Source: Eledone cirrhosa
Lineage: Eukaryota
Direction of reading: 5' to 3'
Assembly (NCBI GenBank): GCA_964016885.1
Contig: OZ024743.1
Coordinates: forward strand, 170,872,001 to 170,936,000
DNA length: 64,000 nt
Shown: piece by piece, positions 43,801-58,800 of the stretch
Numbering within the stretch: the first letter of the stretch is position 1
Layout: each line of letters begins with the position of its first letter
The notes under the pieces: generated by a model
What the model saw: the letters and a program-made list of their open reading frames with translations, nothing else
Databases searched by the model: none
Told to the model about the DNA's origin: nothing
Made by a program: the position numbers and the translations under genes

Positions 43801-46800
43801 CACTGTATCAACTCCATAGTCACAACTACTGTAAGACCACTGTATCAACTCCATAATCACAAATACTGTAAGACCACTGTATCAACACCTTAGTCACAAC
43901 TACTGTAAGACCACTGTATCAACACCATAGTCACAACTACTGTAATTCCACTGTATCAACACCACAGTCACAACGTCTGTAAGACCACTGTATCAACACA
44001 ATAGTCACAACAACTATAAGCCCACTGTATCAACACCATAGTCACAACTACTGTAAGACCAGTGTATCAACACCATAGTCACAACGTCTGTAATACCACT
44101 GTATCAACACCATAGTCACAACTACTGTCAGACCACTGTATCAACACCACAGTCACAATTACTGTAAGACCACTGTATCAACACCACAGTCATAACTACT
44201 GTAAGACCACTTTATCCACACCATAGTCACAACTACTGTAAGACCACTTTATCCACACCATAGTCACAACTACTGTAAGACCACTGTATCAACACCATAG
44301 TCACAACTACTGTAAGACCACTCTATCAACACCACAGTCACAACTACTGTAAGAGCAACTGTATCAACACCACAGTCACAACGTCTGTAAGACCACTGTA
44401 TCAACACAATAGTCACAACTAGTGTAAGCCTACTGTAGCAATACCATAGTCACAACTACTGTAAGACTACTGTATCAACACCATAGTCACAACGTCTGTA
44501 ATACCACTGTATCAACACCATAGTCACAACTACTGTAAGACCACTGTATCAACACCATAGTCACAACTACTGTAAGACCACTGTATCAACACATTAATCA
44601 CAACTACTGTAAGACCACTGTATCAACACCATAGTCACAACTACTGTAAGACCACTGTATCAACACATTAATCACAACTACTGTAAGACCACTGTATCAA
44701 CAACACAGCCACAACTAATGTAAACCACTGTATCAACACCATAGTTACAACTACTGTAAGACCACTGTATCAACACCACAGCCACAACTAATGTAAGACC
44801 AATGTATCAACACTGTAGTCACAACTACTGTAAGACCACTGTATCAACACCACAGTCACAACTACAGTAAGACCACTGTATCAACACCATAGTCACAACT
44901 ACTGTAAGACCACTGTATCAACACGATAGTCACAACTACTGTAAGACCACTGTATGAACACCATAGTCATAACTACCGTAAGACCATTGTATCAACACCA
45001 TAATCATAACTACTGTAAGCCCACTGTATCAACACCATAGTCATAACTACTGTAAGACCACTGTATCAACACTATAGTCACAACTACTGTAATACCATTG
45101 TATCAACACCATAGTCACAACTACTGTAAGACCACTGTATGAACACCATAGTCATAACTACCGTAAGACCATTGTATCAACACCATAATCATAACTACTG
45201 TAAGCCCACTGTATCAACACCATATTCATAACTACTGTAAGACCACTGTATCAACACTATAGTCACAACTACTGTAATACCATTGTATCAACACCATAGT
45301 CACAACTACTGTAAGACCACTGTATGAACACCATAGTCATAACTACCGTAAGACCATTGTATCAACACCATAATCATAACTACTGTAAGACCACTGTATC
45401 AACACCATATTCATAAAACCGCTGTATCAACACAGTAGTCACAACGTCTGTAAGACCACTGTATCAACACCACAGTCACAACGTCTGTAAGACCACTGTA
45501 TCAACACAATAGTCACAACGTTAGTAATACCACTGTATAAACACCATAGTCACAACCACTGTAAGACCACTGTATCAACACAATAGTCACAACTACTGTA
45601 CGACCACTGTATCAAAACCATAGTCACAACGTTAGTAATACCACTGTATAAACACCATAGTCACAACCACTGTAAGACCACTGTATCAACACAATAGTCA
45701 CAACTACTGTAAGACCACTGCATCAACACAATAGTCACAACTACTGTAAGACCACTGTATCAACACCACAGTCACAACTACTGTAAGACCACTGTATCAA
45801 CACGACAGTCACAACTACAGTAAGACCACTGTATCAACACAATAGTCACAACTACTGTAAGACCACTGTATCAACACCATAGTCACAACTACTGTAAGAC
45901 CACTGTATCAACACCATAGTCATAATCCACTGTATCAACACCATATTCACATCTACTGTAAGACCATTGTATCAACACCATAGTCATAAGTACTGTAAGA
46001 CCAATGTATCAACACCACAGTCACAAATACAGTAAGACCACTGTATCAACACCATAGTCACAACTACTGTAAGACCACTGTATGAACACCTTAGTCATAA
46101 CTACCGTAAGACCACTGTATCAAAACCATAGTCATAACTACTGTAAGACCACTGTATCAACACCATAATCACAACTACTGTAAGTCCACTGTATCAACAC
46201 CATAGTTAAAACTTCCGTAAGACCACTGTATCAACACCATAGTCATAAGATACTGTATCAACACCATAGTCACAACTACTGTAAAACCACTGTATCAACA
46301 TCATAGTCATAATTACTGTAAGACCACTGTATCAACACCATAGTCACAACTATTGTAAGACCCCTGTATCAACACCACAGCCACAACTACTGTTAGAACA
46401 CTGTATCAACACCACAGCCACAACTACTGTAAGACCACTGTATCAACACCACAGTCAAAACCACTGTAAGACCACTGTATCAACACCACAGCCACAACTA
46501 CTGTAAGAACACTGTATCGACACCACAGCCACAACTACTGTAAGACCACTGTATCAACACCACAGCCACAACTACTGTAAGACCACTGTATGAACACCAT
46601 AGTCACAACTACTGTAAGACCACTGTATCAACACCATAGTCGCAACTACTGTAAGACCACTGTATCAACACCACAGTCAAAACTACTGTAAGACCACTGT
46701 ATCAACACCACAGCCACAACTACTGTAAGACCACAGTATCAACACCACAGTCACAACGTCTGTAAGACCACTGTATCAACACAATAGTCACAACTACTAT

Positions 46801-48636
46801 AAGCCCACTGTATCAACACCATATTCACAACTACTGTAAGACCACTGTATCAAGACCATAGTCACAACGTTAGTAATACCACTGTATAAACACCATAGTC
46901 ACAACCACTGTAAGAGCACTGTATCAACACCACAGTCACAACTACTGTAAGACCACTGTATCAACACCACAGTCACAACTACAGTAAGACCACTGTATCA
47001 ACACAATAGTCACAACTACTGTAAGACCACTGTATCAACACCATAGTCACAACTACTGTAAGACCACTGTATGAACACAATAGTCATAACTACCGTAAGA
47101 CCACTGTATCAACACCATAGTCATAACTACTGTAAGCCCACTGTATCAACACCATAGTCATAACTACTGTAAGACCACTGTATCAACACCATAGTCACAA
47201 CTACTGTAATACCACTGTATCAACACCATAGTCATAACTACCGTAAGATCACTGTATCAACACCATAGTCATAATCCACTGTATCAACACCATATTCACA
47301 TCTACTGTAAGACCATTGTATCAACACCATAGTCATAAGTACTGTAAGACCAATGTATCAACACCACAGTCACAACTACAGTAAGACCACTGTATCAACA
47401 CCATAGTCACAACTACTGTAAGACCACTGTATGAACACCATAGTCATAACTACCGTAAGACCACTGTATCAAAACCATAGTCATAACTACTGTAAGACCA
47501 TTGTATCAACACCATAATCACAACTACTGTAAGTCCACTGTATCAACACCATAGTCATAACTTCCGTGAGACCACTGTATCAACACCATAGTCATAAGAT
47601 ACTGTATCAACACCATATTCACAACTACTGTAAGACCACTGTATCAACATCATAGTCATAATTACTGTAAGACCACTGTATCAACACCATAGTCACAACT
47701 ATTGTAAGACCACTGTATCAACACCACAGCCACAACTACTGTAAGAACACTGTATCAACACCACAGCCACAACTACTGTAAGACCACTGTATCAACACCA
47801 CAGCCACAACTACTGTAAGACCACTGTATCAACTCCATAATCACAACTACTGTAAGACCACTGTATCAACACCATAGTCATAACTATTGTAAGACCATTG
47901 TATCAACACCATAGTCACAACTACTGTAAGACCACTGTATCAACACCATAGTCATAACTTCCGTAAGACCACTGTATCAACACCATATTCATAAGACAAC
48001 TGTATCAACACCATAGTCACAACTACTGTAAGACCACTGTATCAAAACCACAGTCACAACGACAGTAAGACCACTGTATCAACACCATAGTCACAACTAC
48101 CGTAAGACTACTGCATCAAGACAACAGTCACAACGTCTGTAAGACCACGGAATCAACACCATAGATACAACTACTGTAGGACCACTGTATCAACACCACA
48201 ATCACAACTACTGTAAGCCCACTGTATCATCACCATATTCATAACTATTGTAAGAGCATTGTGTCAATACCATAGTCACAACTACTGTAAGACCACTGTA
48301 TCAACACCATAGTCATAACTTTCGTAAGACCACTGTATCAACACCATAGTCATAAGACCTCTGGATCAACACCATAGTCACAACTACTGTAAGACCACTG
48401 TATCAACACCATAGTCATAACTACTGTAAGACCACTGTATCAACACCATAGTCACAACTATTGTAAGACCACGGTATCAACACCACAGTCACAACTACAG
48501 TAAGACCACTGTATCAACACCATAGTCACAACTACTGTAAGACCAATGTATCAACACCCTAGTCACAACTACTGTAAGACCACTGTATGAACACCATAGT
48601 CATAACTACCGTAAGACCACTGTATCAACACCACAG
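36869..48636. repeat. Near-identical tandem duplication, period 5871 bp
   Basis: TACCAACACC at 37140/43011, GTAATTCC at 38071/43942, CTGTATCGAC at 40641/46512 and TAGATACAAC at 42291/48162 are all offset by exactly 5871. Confidence 0.94.
39070..39540. repeat. 5-monomer (185-bp) sub-higher-order repeat, ~2.5-3 copies; recurs near 44950, 49915, 56155 and 63500
   Basis: GTATGAACACCATAGTCATAACTACCGTAAGACCATTG begins at 39081, 39266 and 39451. Confidence 0.88.
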
Positions 48637-51550
48637 TCACAACTACTGTAAGACCACTGTATCAACACCACAGCCACAACTACTGTAAGAACACTGTATC
48701 AACACCACAGCCACAACTACTGTAAGACCACTGTATCAAACCTCAGCCACTACTACTGTAAGACCACTGTATCAACTCCATAGTCACAACTACTGTAAGA
48801 CCACTGTATCAACTCCATAATCACAAATACTGTAAGACCACTGTATCAACACCTTAGTCACAACTACTGTAAGACCACTGTATCAACACCGTAGTCACAA
48901 CTACTGTAATTCCACTGTATCAACACCACAGTCACAACGTCTGTAAGACCACTGTATCAACACAATAGTCACAACAACTATAAGCCCACTGTATCAACAC
49001 CATAGTCACAACTACTGTAAGACCAGTGTATCAACACCATAGTCACAACGTCTGTAATACCACTGTATCAACACCATAGTCACAACTACTGTCAGACCAC
49101 TGTATCAACACCACAGTCACAATTACTGTAAGACCACTGTATCAACACCACAGTCATAACTACTGTAAGACCACTTTATCCACACCATAGTCACAACTAC
49201 TGTAAGACCACTTTATCCACACCATAGTCACAACTACTGTAAGACCACTGTATCAACACCATAGTCACAACTACTGTAAGACCACTCTATCAACACCACA
49301 GTCACAACTACTGTAAGAGCAACTGTATCAACACCACAGTCACAACGTCTGTAAGACCACTGTATCAACACAATAGTCACAACTAGTGTAAGCCTACTGT
49401 ATCAATACCATAGTCACAACTACTGTAAGACTACTGTATCAACACCATAGTCACAACGTCTGTAATACCACTGTATCAACACCATAGTCACAACTACTGT
49501 AAGACCACTGTATCAACACCATAGTCACAACTACTGTAAGACCACTGTATCAACACATTAATCACAACTACTGTAAGACCACTGTATCAACACCATAGTC
49601 ACAACTACTGTAAGACCACTGTATCAACACATTAATCACAACTACTGTAAGACCACTGTATCAACACCACAGCCACAACTAATGTAAACCACTGTATCAA
49701 CACCATAGTCACAACTACTGTAAGACCACTGTAACAACACCACAGCCACAACTAATGTAAGACCAATGTATCAACACTGTAGTCACAACTACTGTAAGAC
49801 CACTGTATCAACACCACAGTCACAACTACAGTAAGACCACTGTATCAACACCATAGTCACAACTACTGTAAGACCACTGTATCAACACGATAGTCACAAC
49901 TACTGTAAGACCACTGTATGAACACCATAGTCATAACTACCGTAAGACCATTGTATCAACACCATAATCATAACTACTGTAAGCCCACTGTATCAACACC
50001 ATAGTCATAACTACTGTAAGACCACTGTATCAACATTATAGTCACAACTACTGTAATACCATTGTATCAACACCATAGTCACAACTACTGTAAGACCACT
50101 GTATGAACACCATAGTCATAACTACCGTAAGACCATTGTATCAACACCATAATCATAACTACTGTAAGCCCACTGTATCAACACCATATTCATAACTACT
50201 GTAAGACCACTGTATCAACACTATAGTCACAACTACTGTAATACCATTGTATCAACACCATACTCACAACTACTGTAAGACCACTGTATGAACACCATAG
50301 TCATAACTACCGTAAGACCATTGTATCAACACCATAATCATAACTACTGTAAGACCACTGTATCAACACCATAGTCATAAAACCGCTGTATCAACACAGT
50401 AGTCACAACGTCTGTAAGACCACTGTATCAACACCACAGTCACAACGTCTGTAAGACCACTGTATCAACACAATAGTCACAACGTTAGTAATACCACTGT
50501 ATAAACACCATAGTCACAACCACTGTAAGACCACTGTATCAACACAATAGTCACAACTACTGTACGACCACTGTATCAACACCATAGTCACAACGTTAGT
50601 AATACCACTGTATAAACACCATAGTCACAACCACTGTAAGACCACTGTATCAACACAATAGTCACAACTACTGTAAGACCACTGCATCAACACAATAGTC
50701 ACAACTACTGTAAGACCACTGTATCAACACCACAGTCACAACTACTGTAAGACCACTGTATCAACACCACAGTCACAACTACAGTAAGACCACTGTATCA
50801 ACACAATAGTCACAACTACTGTAAGACCACTGTATGAACACAATAGTCATAACTACCGTAAGACCACTGTATCAACACCATAGTCATAACTACTGTAAGC
50901 CCACTGTATCAACACCATAGTCATAACTACTGTAAGACCACTGTATCAACACCATAGTCACAACTACTGTAATACCACTGTATCAACACCATAGTCATAA
51001 CTACCGTAAGATCACTGTATCAACACCATAGTCATAATCCACTGTATCAACACCATATTCACATCTACTGTAAGACCATTGTATCAACACCATAGTCATA
51101 AGTACTGTAAGACCAATGTATCAACACCACAGTCACAAATACAGTAAGACCACTGTATCAACACCATAGTCACAACTACTGTAAGACCACTGTATGAACA
51201 CCTTAGTCATAACTACCGTAAGACCACTGTATCAAAACCATAGTCATAACTACTGTAAGACCACTGTATCAACACCATAATCACAACTACTGTAAGTCCA
51301 CTGTATCAACACCATAGTCATAACTTCCGTAAGACCACTGTATCAACACCATAGTCATAAGATACTGTATCAACACCATAGTCACAACTACTGTAAAACC
51401 ACTGTATCAACATCATAGTCATAATTACTCTAAGACCACTGTATCAACACCATAGTCACAACTATTGTAAGACCCCTGTATCAACACCACAGCCACAACT
51501 ACTGTTAGAACACTGTATCAACACCACAGCCACAACTACTGTAAGACCAC
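48636..51550. repeat. Third, slightly more diverged partial copy of the 37.8-40.6-kb block (offset 4964 from copy 2)
   Basis: GTAATTCC at 43942/48906, with shared TTTATCCACACC, AGAGCAACTG, ACACATTAATC, GACCCCTG and TGTTAGAAC variants in the same order. Confidence 0.85.
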
Positions 51551-54500
51551 TGTATCAACACCACAGTCACAACTACTGTAAGACCACTGTATCAACTCCA
51601 TAATCACAACTACTGTAAGACCACTGTATCAACACCATAGTCATAACTATTGTAAGACCATTGTATCAACACCATAGTCACAACTACTGTAAGACCACTG
51701 TATCAACACCATAGTCATAACTTCCGTAAGACCACTGTATCAACACCATATTCATAAGACCACTGTATCAACACCATAGTCACAACTACTGTAAGAGCAC
51801 TGTATCAAAACCACAGTCACAACTACAGTAAGACTACTGTATCAACACCATAGTCACAACTACCGTAAGACCACTGTATCAACACCATAGTCACAACTAA
51901 TGTAAGACCACTGTATCAACACCATAGCCACAACTACTGTAAGAACACTGTATCAACACCACAGTCACAACTACTGTAAGACCACTGTATCAACACCACA
52001 GTCGCAACTACTGTAAGACCAATGTATCAACACCACAGTCACAACTACTGTAAGACCACTCTATCAACACCACAGCCACAACTACTGTAAGAACACTGTA
52101 TCAACACCACAGCCACAACTACTGTAAGACCACTGTATCAACACCACAGCCACAACTACTGTAAGACCACTGTATCAACACCATAATCACAACTACAGTA
52201 AGACCACTGTATCAACACAACAGTCACCACTACTATAAGCCCACACTATCAGCACCATAATCACAACTACTGTAAGACCACTGTATCAACACCACAGTCA
52301 CAATTACTGTAAGACCACTCTATCAACACCACAGCCACAACTACTGTAAGAACACTGTATCAACACCACAGCCACAACTACTGTAAGACCACTGTATCAA
52401 CACCGTAGTCACTACTACTGTAAGACCACTGTATCAACACCACAGTCACAACGTCTGTAAGACCACTGTATCAACACAACAGTCACCACTACTATAAGCC
52501 CACAGTATCAGCACCATAGTCACAACTACTGTAAGACCCCTGTATCAACAACACAGTCACAACTACTGTAAGACCACTGTATCAACACAGCAGCCACAAC
52601 TACTGTAAGACCACTGTATCAACACCACAGTCATAACTACTCTAAGACCACTGTATCAACACCGCACCCACAACTACTGTAAACCACTGTATCAACACCA
52701 TAATCACAACTACTGTAAGACCACGGTATCAACACCGTTGTCACAACTACTGTAAGACTACTGCATCAAGACAACAGTCACAACGTCTGTAAGACCACGG
52801 AATCAACACCATAGACACAACTACAGTAGGACCACCGTATCAACACCACAATCACAACTACTGTAAGCCCACTGTATCAACACCATAGTCATAACTATTG
52901 TAAGAGCATTGTGTCAATACCATAGTCACAACTACTGTAAGACCACTGTATCAACACCATAGTCATAACTTTCGTAAGACCATTGTATCAACACCATAGT
53001 CATAAGACCACTGGATCAACACCATAGTCACAACTACTGTAAGACCACTGTATCAACACCATAGTCATAACTACTGTAAGACCACTGTATCAACACCATA
53101 GTCACAACTATTGTAAGACCACGGTATCAACACCACAGTCACAACTACAGTAAGACCACTGTATCAACACCATAGTCACAACTACTGTAAGACCAATGTA
53201 TCAACACGCTAGTCACAACTACTGTAAGACCACTGTATTAACACCATAGTCATAACTACCGTAAGACCATTGTAGCAACACCATAATCATAACTACTGTA
53301 AGACCACTGTATCAACACCATAGTCATAAGACCGCTGTATCAACACCGTAGTCACAACTAATGTAAGACCACTGTATCAACACCACAGTCACAACGTCTG
53401 TAAGACCACTGTATCAACACAATAGTCACAACGTTAGTAATACCACTGTATAAACACCAATAGTCACAACCACTGTAAGACCACTGTATCAACACAATAG
53501 TCACAACTACTGTACGACCACTGTATCATCACCATAGTCACAACGTTAGTAATACCACTGTATAAACACCATAGTCACAACCACTGTAAGACCACTGTAT
53601 CAACACAATAGTCACAACTACTGTAAGACCACTGCATCAACACAATAGTCACAACTACTGTAAGACCACTGTATCAACACCACAGTCACAACTACTGTAA
53701 GACCACTGTATCAACCCCACAGTCACAACTACATTAAGACCACTGTATCAACACAATAGTCACAACTACTGTAAGACCACTGTATCAACACCATAGTCAC
53801 AACTACTGTAAGACCACTGTATGAACACAATAGTCATAACTACCGTAAGACCACTGTATCAACACCATAGTCATAACTACTGTAAGCCCACTGTATCAAC
53901 ACCATAGTCATAACTACTGTAAGACCACTGTATCAACACCATAGTCATAACTTCCGTAAGACCACTGTATCAACACCATAGTCATAAGATACTGTATCAA
54001 CACCATTGTCACAACTACTGTAAGACCACTGTATCAACATCATAGTCATAATTACTGTAAGACCACTGTATCAACACCATAGTCACAACTATTGTAAGAC
54101 CACTGTATCAACACCACAGCCACAACTACTGTAAGAACACTGTATCAACACCACAGCCACAACTACTGTAAGACCACTGTATCAACACCACAGCCACAAC
54201 TACTGTAAGACCACTGTATCAACTCCATAATCACAACTACTGTAAGACCACTGTATCAACACCATAGTCATAACTATTGTAAGACCATTGTATCAACACC
54301 ATAGTCACAACTACTGTAAGACCACTGTATCAACACCATAGTCATAACTTCCGTAAGACCACTGTATCAACACCATATTCATAAGACCACTGTATCAACA
54401 CCATAGTCACAACTACTGTAAGACCACTGTATCAAAACCACAGTCACAACTACAGTAAGACCACTGTATCAACACCATAGTCACAACAACTGTAAGAACA

Positions 54501-55500
54501 CTGTATCAACACCACAGTCACAACTACTGTAAGACCACTGTATCAACACCACAGTCGCAACTACTGTAAGACCAATGTATCAACACCACAGTCACAACTA
54601 CTGTAAGACCACTCTATCAACACCACAGCCACAACTACTGTAAGAACACTGTATCAACACCACAGCCACAACTACTGTAAGACCACTGTATCAACACCAC
54701 AGCCACAACTACTGTAAGACCACTGTATCAACACCACAGCCACAACTACTGTAAGACCACTGTATCAACACAACAGTCACCACTACTATAAGCCCACAGT
54801 ATCAGCACCATAGTCACAACTACTGTAAGACCACTGTATCAACAACACAGTCACAACTACTGTAAGACCACTGTATCAACACAGCAGCCACAACTACTGT
54901 AAGACCACTGTATCAACACCACAGTCATAACTACTCTAAGACCACTGTATCAACACCGCAGCCACAACTACTGTAAACCACTGTATCAACACCATAATCA
55001 CAACTACTGTAAGACCACGGTATCAACACCGTAGTCACAACTACTGTAAGACTACTGCATCAAGACAACAGCCACAACGTCTGTAAGACCACGGAATCAA
55101 CACCATAGACACAACTACTGTAGGACCACTGTATCAACACCACAATCACAACTACTGTAAGCCCACTGTATCAACACCATAGTCATAACTATTGTAAGAG
55201 CATTGTGTCAATACCATAGTCACAACTACTGTAAGACCACTGTATCAACACCATAGTCATAACTTTCGTAAGACCACTGTATCAACACCATAGTCATAAG
55301 ACCACTGGATCAACACCATAGTCACAACTACTGTAAGACCACTGTATCAACACCATAGTCATAACTATTGTAAGACCACTGTATCAACACCATAGTCACA
55401 ACTATTGTAAGACCACGGTATCAACACCACAGTCACAACTACAGTAAGACCACTGTATCAACACCATAGTCACAACTACTGTAAGACCACTGTATGAACA
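51300..55500. repeat. Duplication with offset 2294 bp (62 monomers) in its distal part
   Basis: CACTACTATAAGCCCACAG at 52487/54781 and AACTTTCGT at 52967/55261. Confidence 0.78.
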
Positions 55501-55889
55501 CCATAGTCATAACTACCGTAAGACCACTGTATCAACACCACAGTCACAACTACTGTAAGACCACTGTATCAACACCACAGCCACAACTACTGTAAGAACA
55601 CTGTATCAACACCACAGCCACAACTACTGTAAGACCACTGTATCAAACCACAGCCACTACTACTGTAAGACCACTGTATCAACACCATAGTCACAACTAC
55701 TGTAAGACTACTGTATCAACACCATAGTCACAACGTCTGTAATACCACTGTATCAACACCATAGTCACAACTACTGTAAGACCACTGTATCAACACCATA
55801 ATCACAACTACTGTAAGACCACTGTATCAACACCATAGTCACAACTACTGTAAGACCACTGTATCAACACATTAATCACAACTACTGTA

Positions 55890-58800
55890 AGACCACTGTA
55901 TCAACACCACAGCCACAACTAATGTAAACCACTGTATCAACACCATAGTCACAACTACTGTAAGACCACTGTATCAACACCACAGCCACAACTAATGTAA
56001 GACCAATGTATCAACACTGTAGTCACAACTACTGTAAGACCACTGTATCAACACCACAGTCACAACTACAGTAAGAGCACTGTATCAACACCATAGTCAC
56101 AACTACTGTAAGACCACTGTATCAACACCATAGTCACAACTACTGTAAGACCACTGTATGAACACCATAGTCATAACTACCGTAAGACCATTGTATCAAC
56201 ACCATAATCATAACTACTGTAAGCCCACTGTATCAACACCATAGTCATAACGACTGTAAGACCACTGTATCAACACTATAGTCACAACTACTGTAATACC
56301 ATTGTATCAACACCATAGTCACAACTACTGTAAGACCACTGTATGAACACCATAGTCATAACTACCGTAAGACCATTGTATCAACACCATAATCATAACT
56401 ACTGTAAGCCCACTGTATCAACACCATATTCATAACTACTGTAAGACCACTGTATCAACACTATAGTCACAACTACTGTAATACCATTGTATCAACACCA
56501 TAGTCACAACTACTGTAAGACCACTGTATGAACACCATAGTCATAACTACCGTAAGACCATTGTATCAACACCATAATCATAACTACTGTAAGACCACTG
56601 TATCAACACCATAGTCATAAGACCGCTGTATCAACACCATAGTCACAACTAATGTAAGACCACTGTATCAACACCACAGTCACAACGTCTGTAACACCAC
56701 TGTATCAACACAATAGTCACAACGTTAGTAATACCACTGTATAAACACCATAGTCACAACCACTGTAAGACCACTGTATCAACACAATAGTCACAACTAC
56801 TGTACGACCACTGTATCAACACCATAGTCACAACGTTAGTAATACCACTGTATAAACACCATAGTCACAACCACCGTAAGACCACCGTATCAACACAATA
56901 GTCACAACTACTGTAAGACCACTGCATCAACACCATAGTCACAACTACTGTAAGACCACTGTATGAACACAATAGTCATAACTACCGTAAGACAACTGTA
57001 TCAACACCATAGTCATAACTACTGTAAGCCCACTGTATCAACACCATAGTCATAACTATTGTAAGACCACTGTATCAACACCATAGTCACAACTACTGTA
57101 ATACCACTGTATCAACACCATATTCATAACTACCGTAAGATCACTGTATCAACACCATAGTCATAAGTCCACTGTATCAACACTATATTCACATCTACTG
57201 TAAGACCACTGTATCAACACCATAGTCATAACTACCGTAATACCACTGTATCAACACCATAGTCACAATTACTGTAAAACCATTGTATCAACACCATAGT
57301 CATAACTAGTGTAAGACCAATGTATCAACACCACAGTCACAACTACAGTAAGACCATTGTATCAACACCATAGTCACAACTACTGTAAGACCACTGTATG
57401 AACACCATAGTCATAACTACCGTACGACCACTGTATCAACACCATAGTCATAACTACTGTAAGACCACTGTATCAACACCATAGTCACAACTACTGTAAG
57501 ACCACTGTATGAACACCATAGTCACAACTACTGTAAGACCACTGTATCAACACCATAATCACAACTAATGTAAGACAACTGTATCAACACCGTAGTCACA
57601 ACTACTGTAAGACAACTGTATCAACACCACAGTCACAACTACAGTAAGACAACTGTATGAACACAATAGTCACAACTACTATAAGCCCACTGTATCAACA
57701 CCATAGTCACGACTAATGTAAGACCACTGTATCAACACCATAGTCACAACGTCTGTAATAGCACAGTATCAACACCATAGTCACAACTACTATAAGACCA
57801 CTGTATCAACACCACAGTCACAACTACTGTAAGACCACTGTATCAACACCACAGTCATAACTACTGTAAGACCACTGTATCAACACCATAGTCACAACTA
57901 CTGTAAGACCACTGTATCAACACCATAGTCACAACTACTGTAAGACCACTGTATCAACACCACAGTCACAACTACTGTAAGACCACTGTATCAACACCAC
58001 ACTCACAACTACTGTAAAACCACTGTATCAACACCACAATCACAACTACTTTAAGACCACTGTATCAACACCATAGTCACAACTACTGTAAGACCACTGT
58101 ATCAACAAAACAGTCACAACTACACTAAGACCATTGTATCAACACCACAGTCACAACTAATGTAAGCCCACTGTATCAACACCATAGTCATAACTACTGT
58201 AAGACCACTGTATCAACACCATAGTCATAACTACCGTAAGACCACTGTATCAACACCATAGTCACAAGACCAGTGCATCAACACCGTAGTCAGAACTAAT
58301 GTAAGACCACTGTATCAACACCACAGTCACAACGTCTGTAAGACCACTGTATCAACACAATAGTCACAACTACTATAAGCCCACTGTATCAACACCATAG
58401 TCACAACTACTGTAAGACAACTGTATCAACACCATAGTCACAACGTCTGTAATACCACTGTATCACCACCATAGTCACAACTACTGTAAGACCACTGTAT
58501 CAACACCACAGTCACAACTACAGTAAGACAACTGTATCAACACCATAGTCACTACTACTGTAAGACCACTCTATCAACACCATAGTCATAACTACTGTAA
58601 CACCATTGTATCACCAACATATTCACAACTACTGTATGACCAATGTATCAACACCACAGTCATAACTACTGTAAGACCACTGTATCAACACCATAGTCAC
58701 AACTACTGTAAGCCCACTGTATCAACACCATAGTCACAACTACTGTAAGACCACTGTATCAACACCACAGTCACAACTACTGTAAGATCACTGTATCAAC

